Assembly (NCBI GenBank): GCA_017889345.1
Contig: JAGHEJ010000039.1
Coordinates: 2,147 to 34,146 of the forward strand
Direction: 5' to 3'
Length of the DNA stretch: 32,000 bases
From: Clostridiales bacterium
GTDB taxonomy: Bacteria; Bacillota; Clostridia; Clostridiales; Clostridiaceae
The translations under genes were made by a program, and so were the position numbers. The notes under the pieces were generated by a model, which made no database searches, had not been told where the DNA came from, and saw only the letters and a program-made list of their open reading frames with translations. Below, one piece after another: positions 19,273-27,874 of this stretch. Position 1 is the stretch's first letter. Every line of letters begins with the position of its first letter.

Positions 19273-20541
19273 TTAATTTTTAAATTTTTCTAAATCTTTT
19301 ATACTAATATTACGTGAATGATCTGTATGGAACCATTCCTTTTTATTTTTATTAATAATTCCCTGTATAGATATTGGTATCCAAGTAATTATATAAATTG
19401 GATATATAAGTACATAATACAAAAACACTCTAAAAGTAAGTTTTGAATCCAAATGTATCATAACTGGAGTTATTAAAAATTGAAATATAAAATAACCCAT
19501 ATATATTAATTCTATAGCTCTAAACTCAAAATCAAATACTTGTCCAAACATCAAGCCCACAATAGACAAAAGTAACTTACACATATTAAATACTGATACA
19601 ATACCCAAGATTGTTATAACAATAGGTTGCACGGAATACAAAGCACAATCAAGAGATTTAAAATCTTTCTGTTTAATAAACTTTTCTATAAGTTTCCAAA
19701 AATATCTGCTAGAAACATCCGCAAATCCCTGCATCCATCTTTTTCTTTGATTCCAAGATTGTTTTAATGTTAGAGGTTTTTCATCATAAACAACAGCATT
19801 GTACGCACATACAACTTTTTGATTATTCATTATCAATTTACACGTAAACTCTAAATCCTCTGTAAGACATGTCGCTCCCCAACCTATTTCTTTTAAAGTT
19901 TCTATATCCAAACAAAATCCTGTACCAGATAATTGACAAGATAAACCTAAATTATCTCTACAAAGTTGGAATAACCTATTATTACTCCAAAATGCAATAG
20001 AATAACTCAAAGTTAACCAATTGTCATCAGGATTCTTACTATCAATATAACCCTGAATAACTTTATAACCATTATTTAATTTTGTATTCATTTCTGTTAG
20101 AAAATTTGGAGATACTATGTTATCTGCATCTAAAACTATTATAGCAGAATACTTATCCCCCATTTCAAAAATTTTGTTAAACATCCATTCTAGTGCATAA
20201 CCTTTTCCCTTTTTCTCAGTATTTTGTCTTTCATACACTAATGCACCTTCTTGTAATGAATATTCAGCTGTTTTATCTGTACAATTATCCGCAATAACAA
20301 ATACATCATAAAAATCCTTATCATAATTCAACTCATTTAAACTTTTTAAACTATTTGTAATAACTTTTTCTTCATTATGAGCTGCTATAACAACGGCAAA
20401 CTTATTTTTTTTATCTATTTTTTTATCTTTTTTACTCTTTACAAGAAGTCCTAATACTGAAACTGCTAAATAATAAAATGAAATAATATAAACCAAAGTT
20501 ACAATTCCCGAAGCTATTTTCTCAATCAAATCAAAAAACAA
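19273..20541 (-). CDS. Family 2 membrane glycosyltransferase (processive type)
   Basis: VVIAAHNEEKVI, FVIADNCTDKT, IIVLDADNIV, LTEDLEFTCKL, QRKRWMQG; N-terminal and C-terminal TM segments. Confidence 0.88.
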   Translation of the reverse strand: MFFDLIEKIASGIVTLVYIISFYYLAVSVLGLLVKSKKDKKIDKKNKFAVVIAAHNEEKVITNSLKSLNELNYDKDFYDVFVIADNCTDKTAEYSLQEGALVYERQNTEKKGKGYALEWMFNKIFEMGDKYSAIIVLDADNIVSPNFLTEMNTKLNNGYKVIQGYIDSKNPDDNWLTLSYSIAFWSNNRLFQLCRDNLGLSCQLSGTGFCLDIETLKEIGWGATCLTEDLEFTCKLIMNNQKVVCAYNAVVYDEKPLTLKQSWNQRKRWMQGFADVSSRYFWKLIEKFIKQKDFKSLDCALYSVQPIVITILGIVSVFNMCKLLLSIVGLMFGQVFDFEFRAIELIYMGYFIFQFLITPVMIHLDSKLTFRVFLYYVLIYPIYIITWIPISIQGIINKNKKEWFHTDHSRNISIKDLEKFKN

Positions 20542-20595
20542 AATTATTATACCCCCTTAATAGCCACTTCTTTTAATACATTACTACAAGATAAG

Positions 20596-21648
20596 TTAAT
20601 AATTCAATATAATTTTTGCAGCAAGCTCCTTGTTAGTAATATTTTCCAATAACACATTTCTAGATATTTTGTAATTTTTATACGCTTCAATAAGCGACAT
20701 ATCTAAAGTACACATACCTAACTTTACCCCATTTTGCATCAAAGGTAAAATATGTTTTGTTTTATTTTCTCGTATACAATTTGCTATACTTAAAGTGTTA
20801 ATCATTATTTCGTATAAACAAATTTTTTTCATATCTTTATCCAATATCATTTTTTGATTAACTATGCACCTAATTATATTTGATAAATTATTTCTCAAAT
20901 ATATATTATTGGAATCCATTTCAAGTAAAGTATCTATCGTATTTTTTACATTATTAGCATAAATACTCGAAATAACTAACATACCCGCATCACAACATCT
21001 CAATATCATTTTCATGACATCATAATTAGGTATATTATCAATTATCAAAATATCTGGATTTTCTTTAAAAGCAGCCTCTATACCTGTTAAATAACTTTCT
21101 GTATCTGATCCAATCTCTCTTTGATTTACAATAGAATTATTGTGTTTATAAAGAATTTCTATCGATTCCTCTATAGTAACTATATGTTTAGAAAATTTTC
21201 TGCTAATTTGATTAACGATAGATGCTATTGTTGTACTTCTTCCACTTCCAACAGTTCCTGTTATTAAAACTAATCCTTGTTGAAGATTACATATAAAATC
21301 AAAAACCTTAGATGGTATCAATAAATCTTCAAATTTTGATGAATCAAGTGAAATAATTTTAATTGATATTGCTAAACTATTTCGTTGTTTAAAAACATTT
21401 GCTCTAAAACGTCCTAAACCTGAAATAGAAAATGATTTATCAGCTTCACCATTATTATTTAATAAACTGAAATCTTTACCAAGAATTTCTTTTGCATAAA
21501 ATTCCGTATCATCCTGATTTAAAATTTTTTCATCTATAATTTCCAATTTTGAATTTATTCTTCCAAATATATTCGCACCAACACTTAAATAAATATCTGA
21601 ACAATTTTTATCCAATGCATTTTTTAAAATTTCATTTAAATTTATCAT
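20596..21648 (-). CDS. PilT/GspE-family secretion ATPase homologue with altered catalytic motifs
   Basis: PilT-like architecture (LGRFRANVFKQRNSLAISIKII ... GLVLITGTVGSGRSTTIASIVNQI ... HIVTIEESIEILYKHNNSIVNQREIGSDTESYLTGIEAAFKENPDILIIDNIPN). Walker A Lys is Arg, GE of Walker B and the His box are not conserved. Confidence 0.82.
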   Translation of the reverse strand: MINLNEILKNALDKNCSDIYLSVGANIFGRINSKLEIIDEKILNQDDTEFYAKEILGKDFSLLNNNGEADKSFSISGLGRFRANVFKQRNSLAISIKIISLDSSKFEDLLIPSKVFDFICNLQQGLVLITGTVGSGRSTTIASIVNQISRKFSKHIVTIEESIEILYKHNNSIVNQREIGSDTESYLTGIEAAFKENPDILIIDNIPNYDVMKMILRCCDAGMLVISSIYANNVKNTIDTLLEMDSNNIYLRNNLSNIIRCIVNQKMILDKDMKKICLYEIMINTLSIANCIRENKTKHILPLMQNGVKLGMCTLDMSLIEAYKNYKISRNVLLENITNKELAAKIILNY

Positions 21649-21761
21649 AGCATTATGTAAAAGGAACTAACCTATTCCTTATCCCTCTCCATTTAAAACT
21701 TTTAGTATATTATGTATTTTTTACCAAATATTCTTTTTTATACAAAAAAATAAACCATTTT

Positions 21762-21785
21762 TAAAATCCTTTTTAAAAATGGTTT
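21762..21785 (-). terminator. Terminator downstream of sigK
   Basis: Inverted repeat aaaccattttta...taaaaatggttt just past the sigK stop; T-rich tail on the minus strand. Confidence 0.65.
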
Positions 21786-21797
21786 AACTTATTAATA

Positions 21798-22487
21798 CTA
21801 ATTTTTTAATAGTAACTCCTTATTTAATTTATTTAGTGCCTTTTTTTCAATTCTCGATACATAAGATCTCGATATATTTAATTTTTTAGCTATCTCTTTT
21901 TGTGTTTTTATTTTTCCATCTACTAATCCATATCGTAATTTTATTATTATCTGCTCTTTTTCATTTAAAACATCATTTAATTTACTATACATTTTTTTTA
22001 TAGCTAACTTCTGCTCAACAATATCAACTATTGTATCTTCTCCACTATTTAGTATATCAATCAAAGATATTTCATTTCCTTCTTTATCAGTTCCAATAGG
22101 ATCTTGTAGAAAAACCTCATTCTTTGTCTTCTTACTATTACGTATTAACATTAAAATTTCATTTTCTATACACCTAGCTGCATAAGTTGCTAACTTAGTA
22201 CCTTTTGTATAATCAAATGATTCTATTCCTTTTATAAGTCCTATAGATCCAACAGATATTAAATCTTCTACTTCTTTAATGGAGGAAAACTTTTTTGCAA
22301 TGTGTACAACTAATCTTAAATTTCTTTCAATTAATATGTTTTTAGCCTCTAAATCTCCTGCTTTATATCTATCTATATATTCTTTTTCTTCAGAAGTAGT
22401 TAGTGGAACTGGAAATGAATTATTACCAACTATATATCCTGTGAATAAAATAACATTACTTATTATGCTAAACAAACTACCAATCAA
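21798..22487 (-). CDS. sigK: RNA polymerase sporulation sigma factor SigK precursor (uninterrupted)
   Basis: [67 protein letters not shown]...; TTG start preceded by AGGAGG. Confidence 0.93.
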   Translation of the reverse strand: MIGSLFSIISNVILFTGYIVGNNSFPVPLTTSEEKEYIDRYKAGDLEAKNILIERNLRLVVHIAKKFSSIKEVEDLISVGSIGLIKGIESFDYTKGTKLATYAARCIENEILMLIRNSKKTKNEVFLQDPIGTDKEGNEISLIDILNSGEDTIVDIVEQKLAIKKMYSKLNDVLNEKEQIIIKLRYGLVDGKIKTQKEIAKKLNISRSYVSRIEKKALNKLNKELLLKN

Positions 22488-22554
22488 TGAAAAGTTCCTC
22501 CTGCTTTAAGGCTTACTAATATACTATGACCATTTATTTTAAATTCCACACGAT

Positions 22555-24156
22555 TTAAAAATTTGTTACAAAATATTCTACAATCTCTCTAAAAATTGGA
22601 CCAGCGGTATTACCTCCATACTGTCCCTCCTCATTTATATTTTTTACAAATACGCACATTGAATAATACTTATTCCTATGCTTAAAGTATCCTAAAAGCC
22701 ATCCATCAGAAACAATATTTTCACCGTCAAAACGTTCTGTGGTTCCTGTCTTAGCACCCGTCTCTATATTATCAAAATATACTTTGTTACCACTTCCATT
22801 TTTAACAGTATTTATAAGCATTTCTTTTAAAGCATTTGATGTGCTCTCTTTGAGTATTTTTCTCGTATCATATTCAAACAATTTTATAGTCTCATTATTT
22901 TCATTAACAATCTTTTCTACTAAATTTAACTCTTTATATAACCCATCATTCAAAATAGTGTTAATTATTGCTAAAGATTGCAATGGTTCAATTAACATAT
23001 TTTGTCCCATAGATAAAAATAATGGTCCATCTTCATATTCTTTTGGTGCTGCGTAACTACCATCAACTTCTCTATAATCACTAAATCCCAATACTTTAGT
23101 AAAAATTCCTTGATCTTCAGCATAATTACGTATATAATCCCAACCTATAACTTTTCCAATTTCTGCAAAAATATTATTACAAGAAACAGCCAAAGCATCT
23201 TCAATATTTAAAGTTCCATGAGTATGTCCTTTGCATAAATTATATCTACTATTATCACAACTAAACATATTAGACTCAGAAAATATTCCTGAATCAATAG
23301 CAGCTTCTGCAACAATTAATTTAAAAATCGAACCTGGCACATATCCAAGAGTTGTTGAACCTAACATTATATTTGGATTATATTCATTTTTCTGAGTTAA
23401 CACCTTTATTTGTCCTGTACTAACTTCAGATATTGCAACAGCAACTTCTTCTAAATCTTTATATTTATCATCTCGAATTATATTTTCAACACCATTTTGC
23501 AAATCTTTATTAAGAGTCAATTTCAAATTATTATTATTACCTTGTACAAATGGTTCTCCCGTTTTTAATTCAGTAAAATCTACAATCGGATATTTATTAT
23601 CTACTATATATTCATGATACGAGTCTTTTGTAGTTTTCTCTTCTATCTCTTTTACCAAAATATTTTCAATAGACCATGCTTCCTTCTCGTTAAATGCGTT
23701 ATACTCGTACAATTGAACTCCATTTATATCATCTAATGTTTTTAATTTGTCGTAGGTATATTTATCAACTTCAAATTTGAAATTATAATCAGGATTTTCC
23801 TCAAATTTCTTTATAAGATCAAAATCCTCATTATAGTTTTTTAAGATAGATATAAATGTAAATATCTTCTCCACTTCTATATTATTGTTGAAATTTTTAA
23901 ATATGTTAGATTTTATTTGTACTACATATTTTGTATTGAAATCTATCATATTTTCATTTTTATCGTCCAAAAGTTTATATGTAAGATCGCTCGTCCTATA
24001 TTGTAAATTATATTGATCAAGTGCCATAGAAACATATTTATCTGATTTATTTCCTAATTGTATTGATGCAAGTTTTGCTATAACAATAGCAAGACATCCA
24101 CAAAATAATATATTGATAAATCTAATTCTCTTTCTGAGCAATTTTTTTCGGTCCAT
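22555..24156 (-). CDS. Class B penicillin-binding protein (transpeptidase)
   Basis: PGSIFKLIVAE (SxxK), SCNNIFAE (SxN), TGAKTGTTE (KTG), single N-terminal TM. Start MDRKKLLRKRIRF at 24156 with AAAGGAA upstream. Confidence 0.9.
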   Translation of the reverse strand: MDRKKLLRKRIRFINILFCGCLAIVIAKLASIQLGNKSDKYVSMALDQYNLQYRTSDLTYKLLDDKNENMIDFNTKYVVQIKSNIFKNFNNNIEVEKIFTFISILKNYNEDFDLIKKFEENPDYNFKFEVDKYTYDKLKTLDDINGVQLYEYNAFNEKEAWSIENILVKEIEEKTTKDSYHEYIVDNKYPIVDFTELKTGEPFVQGNNNNLKLTLNKDLQNGVENIIRDDKYKDLEEVAVAISEVSTGQIKVLTQKNEYNPNIMLGSTTLGYVPGSIFKLIVAEAAIDSGIFSESNMFSCDNSRYNLCKGHTHGTLNIEDALAVSCNNIFAEIGKVIGWDYIRNYAEDQGIFTKVLGFSDYREVDGSYAAPKEYEDGPLFLSMGQNMLIEPLQSLAIINTILNDGLYKELNLVEKIVNENNETIKLFEYDTRKILKESTSNALKEMLINTVKNGSGNKVYFDNIETGAKTGTTERFDGENIVSDGWLLGYFKHRNKYYSMCVFVKNINEEGQYGGNTAGPIFREIVEYFVTNF

Positions 24157-24235
24157 AAAATTATTCCTTTTCCAAAATTTGTTACTATAGACTAAATCTT
24201 TCATTTTGGTGGACAAATTATTCAACAAAAAAAAA

Positions 24236-24260
24236 GATCCAAGATATAAAATCTTGAATC
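24236..24260 (-). terminator. Terminator downstream of U32 peptidase gene
   Basis: Minus-strand gattcaagat-tttat-atcttggatc followed by T9. Confidence 0.8.
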
Positions 24261-24269
24261 TCTTTTAAA

Positions 24270-25502
24270 TTATCCTAATTGTATTTCATTCTTTCTCATG
24301 ATTATAAAATCATTTTCTTTAAGCTCCTCATCAACCATTGCTGTAAAAATCATCTGAGCATGATTAGCTTTCTCAATATCTTCTCCTTTTGAATTCTTCA
24401 TGTTGTTTAACTTAACCTCAAAATTTTCAGTTTTGGGTCTTATTATTTCAACAGTATCTCCATTAAACACTCTATTTCTCTGTTCTATTGTTGCAATTTT
24501 AGTTTCTGAATCGTAAGATCTAACAATTCCTACAATTTCATACTCCCTTACATATGTAGCACTTTCATAACTTTGCTCTCCATTTTGTCCGTAGAAAAAT
24601 CCTGTCGAATATCTTCTATGACTAATTTTCCCAAGGTTTTCAATCCATTTTGGATTAACCTTAAAGTTTTCTGGATCAGCATAATAAGCATCAATAGCTT
24701 CTCTGTACATTTTAACAACCATTGCTAAATAAAACACACTTTTCATTCTTCCTTCAATTTTTACAGAAGCAACTCCAGATTTAATAACATCATCAATATG
24801 TTCAATCATACATAAATCTTTTGAGTTCATTATATAAGTTCCTGTATCATCTTCAAACACTGGGAAGTATTCATTTGGACGCTTCTCTTCAACAAGATAA
24901 TATTTATATCTGCAAGCTTGTGAACACGCTCCTTTGTTTGAATCTCTTGAAGTCATATAATTTGAAATTAAACATCTTCCTGAGTAAGCCATGCACATTG
25001 CACCATGAACAAAAACTTCAATCTCACAATCTTCTGGTAAATTTTGTACAAACTCTTCAACTTCTTTTAATTTTAATTCTCTCGCAAGAATTATTCTTCT
25101 CAATCCATAATCATACCAAAATTTTGCAGTTTCATAATTCATTGCATTAGCTTGTGTACTTAAATGTATATCAAGATTTGTATTATTTTTTACAATAGCA
25201 ATAACTCCAGGGTCCGCAGCAATAACTCCATCAACATTTAAAGACTCACATTTCTTTACATATTCTGGCAATCCCTTTAAATCAAAATTTCTTGGAATCG
25301 CATTAAGCGCTAAATATACTTTTGCATTTCTTTCATGGGCATATTCAACCCCTTCTTTTAATTCCTCAAAATCAAAATTGTCTGCAAAAGCCCTTAAATT
25401 TAATCTTGGTCCTCCTACATATACAGCGTCAGCACCATAGTCAATTGCAACTTTTAATTTTTCTAAACTACCCGCGGGCGCAAGTAATTCTACTTTTTTC
25501 AC
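24270..25502 (-). CDS. U32-family peptidase-like protein (YrrO/TrhP-like tRNA uridine hydroxylation)
   Basis: MKKVELLAPAGSLEKLKVAIDYGADAVYVGG..., EVFVHGAMCMAYSGRCLISNYM, SNKGACSQACRY, IEGRMKS; next to yrrM-like methyltransferase. Confidence 0.92.
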   Translation of the reverse strand: MKKVELLAPAGSLEKLKVAIDYGADAVYVGGPRLNLRAFADNFDFEELKEGVEYAHERNAKVYLALNAIPRNFDLKGLPEYVKKCESLNVDGVIAADPGVIAIVKNNTNLDIHLSTQANAMNYETAKFWYDYGLRRIILARELKLKEVEEFVQNLPEDCEIEVFVHGAMCMAYSGRCLISNYMTSRDSNKGACSQACRYKYYLVEEKRPNEYFPVFEDDTGTYIMNSKDLCMIEHIDDVIKSGVASVKIEGRMKSVFYLAMVVKMYREAIDAYYADPENFKVNPKWIENLGKISHRRYSTGFFYGQNGEQSYESATYVREYEIVGIVRSYDSETKIATIEQRNRVFNGDTVEIIRPKTENFEVKLNNMKNSKGEDIEKANHAQMIFTAMVDEELKENDFIIMRKNEIQLG

Positions 25503-25503
25503 T

Positions 25504-26157
25504 TTAAAATTTCCTCCTTAAAATCATCACTCCATCACCAATAGGTAAAATTGATGTCGAAAAGTTTTCATTTCTAGTTACATTATGTATGAAATTTCGC
25601 ATATTTCTAATGATAGTTTTCTTCCTCTTTTTAACCAGGTCATCTGAAGCGATCATTCCTTTATATAAAATATTATCAAAGACGATTATACCATTTTTAG
25701 ATAAATTTTGAATACAGATATTGAACAATTTTTCATAATGTGATTTTGACGAGTCTATAAAAATAAAATCATATTTTCCATCTAAGTATTTTACATTTTC
25801 AAAACAATCTCCTTCTAAGAGAGCGATTTTATCTCCACAATTAAATAATTCAAAATTCTTCTTAGCATTTTGAATTCTCTCCTCATCTCTCTCCATTGTT
25901 GTTATAAAAACATCTCCATCAAGTTGTTCATACATAAACAATGATGAAAATCCAACAGCAGTTCCAAATTCAAGAATTCGTTTTGGTTTATTCATCATAA
26001 ATAGCATACTCATAAAATTCTGTACTTCCTTATCAATAATCGGCACAAAATTTTCAAGAGCCTCTTCCTCTATTTTTCTTAATTTATCTGACATATTCAA
26101 ATTTATATTGGATAGTATAAACTCTTTTACGTAATCTCTAACTATATTATTGTCCAT
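25504..26157 (-). CDS. O-methyltransferase family protein (YrrM/TrmR-like)
   Basis: RILEFGTAVGFSSLFM, EGDCFENVKYLDGKYDFIFIDSSKSHYEKLF, FDNILYKG; synteny with U32 gene. Confidence 0.85.
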   Translation of the reverse strand: MDNNIVRDYVKEFILSNINLNMSDKLRKIEEEALENFVPIIDKEVQNFMSMLFMMNKPKRILEFGTAVGFSSLFMYEQLDGDVFITTMERDEERIQNAKKNFELFNCGDKIALLEGDCFENVKYLDGKYDFIFIDSSKSHYEKLFNICIQNLSKNGIIVFDNILYKGMIASDDLVKKRKKTIIRNMRNFIHNVTRNENFSTSILPIGDGVMILRRKF

Positions 26158-26212
26158 CTAAGATCTCCATCTATTTAAATTTATAAATTGTATTTTAAAT
26201 CAAAAAAATCAA

Positions 26213-26245
26213 AAAGTCATCTTAATTTTAAATTAAGACGACTTT
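26213..26245 (-). terminator. Terminator downstream of mltG
   Basis: Minus-strand aaagtcgtcttaat-ttaaa-attaagatgacttt followed by T-rich sequence. Confidence 0.75.
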
Positions 26246-26251
26246 GTAAAA

Positions 26252-27286
26252 TTATTTCTTAACATAAAGAGTTGTATCTCTAATTTGTTTTTGTTTTAAG
26301 AAATCACTATAGTTTTCAAAGAAATAATGATAGTTTGTTTCATCATTTAAAATGAAATATAAATAATTTGTTTCTGCTGGACTCACTGCTGCTTTAAGAG
26401 ATTCTCTTCCTGGTGCAGCAATTGGACCAATTGGAAGCCCTGCATATTTATATGTGTTATATTTTGAATCCACTTCTAAATCTGAATAATACAAAACTTC
26501 TTTATGTTTACCTAGTGCATAAATTACAGTTGCACAAGATTGAAGAGGCATTCCTTGTTCTAATCTATTGTAAAAAACAGATGAAGCTTTAGGTCTTTCA
26601 TCATCGTGTATTATTTCTCTTTCAACAATAGATGCCATTGTAACAATCTCATCTATTTTATCTTTCTCAACTGTAACATCTAATTCTTTTTGAATTTCTG
26701 CAAAAACTTCCTCAAATCTTTTTAACATAATTTGAATTATAGTTTCAGGAGTAGATCCTTTATCAAAATGATATGTATCTGGGAATAAAAATCCTTCTAA
26801 AGCGTATCTTCTTCCATCAACCTTCTTAACATAATCAGGTAATGAATAATTCTTAACTGCATCTAAAAAATCTTCTTTAGAAATACCAAGCTCTGATTTG
26901 TCAAAAACCTCAGCCATCGCTTCTATAGAATATCCCTCTGGTATGGTAACTTTTACAAATTCTGAAATTTCTCCTTGATTTAACTCAAACATTAATTGTT
27001 CTAGAGGAGCTTCTTTTGAAAAAGTATAAGTTCCCGGTTTTATATTTGTATTATAATTAAACATCTTTATAGAAAATTTCACAAAAAACTCGTTTCTTAA
27101 TTCTCCTGAATTCGAAAGTTCATCTAAAATTTGATTTAAGGTATCTCCCTCTTTAACTTCAAATTTAACATCTTTTGTAAGAGGTCTATGATTTATAGAT
27201 TGAAAATTGTAGACAAAATACGCTGCAAAACCTATAAAAATCGAAATAACTATCATTAAAAATTTTATAAACCACGACGTCCTCAT
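26252..27286 (-). CDS. mltG: Endolytic transglycosylase MltG (YceG-like)
   Basis: EGFLFPDTYHFDKGS, MASIVEREI, ASVFYNRLEQGMPLQSCATVIYAL, GLPIGPIAAPGRESLKAAVSPAETNYLYFI. Confidence 0.95.
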   Translation of the reverse strand: MRTSWFIKFLMIVISIFIGFAAYFVYNFQSINHRPLTKDVKFEVKEGDTLNQILDELSNSGELRNEFFVKFSIKMFNYNTNIKPGTYTFSKEAPLEQLMFELNQGEISEFVKVTIPEGYSIEAMAEVFDKSELGISKEDFLDAVKNYSLPDYVKKVDGRRYALEGFLFPDTYHFDKGSTPETIIQIMLKRFEEVFAEIQKELDVTVEKDKIDEIVTMASIVEREIIHDDERPKASSVFYNRLEQGMPLQSCATVIYALGKHKEVLYYSDLEVDSKYNTYKYAGLPIGPIAAPGRESLKAAVSPAETNYLYFILNDETNYHYFFENYSDFLKQKQIRDTTLYVKK

Positions 27287-27452
27287 CGTATCCTCCTATA
27301 ACTTAAAAATACTTGGTAAAATCCCTATCCTTTCTAAAAAAACATTATATGATAATTTTTATATTATTTGTTGATATTTGTCAAACTTTTATGTATAACT
27401 TCCATATTAATTATCTCCTAATTGAACGATTATTATCTATTCATTATAAAAA

Positions 27453-27485
27453 AATCAGGATACATTTTAAAAACATATCCCGATT
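27453..27485 (-). terminator. Terminator downstream of ylbF
   Basis: Minus-strand aatcgggata...tatcctgatt followed by TTTTTTT. Confidence 0.8.
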
Positions 27486-27495
27486 AAAAAAATAT

Positions 27496-27837
27496 TTACA
27501 TAAAACTTTCTATTCCAAAAGCTTTATTTAATATTTTCATTATATCATCAACAATAATCCCAACTCTTTGTTCATATTGTACATACTCTGCTACAACTGG
27601 ATCTACCATAACTTTTTGAGAAACTTGCCTAAATTTATCTTGAGTTTCTTGCGATAAATTTCCACTTGCACGCTGCTCATTAAAAACTAAAAATTGTACT
27701 TCTCTTAGTTCTTTTAATAATGCTTTTAATTTATCATCATTATTAATAGTTTGATTAAGTTCCTTTAATTTTTTTACTTCCTCAATTTCTGTAATAACTT
27801 TGGCTAATTCGTGAGCCTTATCATGAACATTAACCAT
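27496..27837 (-). CDS. YlbF-family protein
   Basis: MVNVHDKAHELAKVITEIEEVKKLKELNQTINNDDKLKALLKELREVQ... helical YlbF/YmcA family pattern. Confidence 0.8.
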   Translation of the reverse strand: MVNVHDKAHELAKVITEIEEVKKLKELNQTINNDDKLKALLKELREVQFLVFNEQRASGNLSQETQDKFRQVSQKVMVDPVVAEYVQYEQRVGIIVDDIMKILNKAFGIESFM

Positions 27838-27874
27838 AATATAAATCTCCTCTCCATCTAGTTAAGATAAATTT

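Noticed and set aside
21798-22487. Possibility that sigK is interrupted by a skin-like element
   Set aside because: The ORF is continuous from pro-sequence to region 4, so no intervening element is present.
24821-25507. Plus-strand ORFs of 109 and 61 aa antisense to the U32 peptidase gene
   Set aside because: Low-complexity leucine-rich translation, no RBS, fully inside a strongly supported minus-strand CDS; shadow ORFs.
27313-27531. 72-aa plus-strand ORF in the mltG-ylbF intergenic region
   Set aside because: Overlaps the ylbF terminator and 3' end, no convincing RBS, hydrophobic AT-driven composition.
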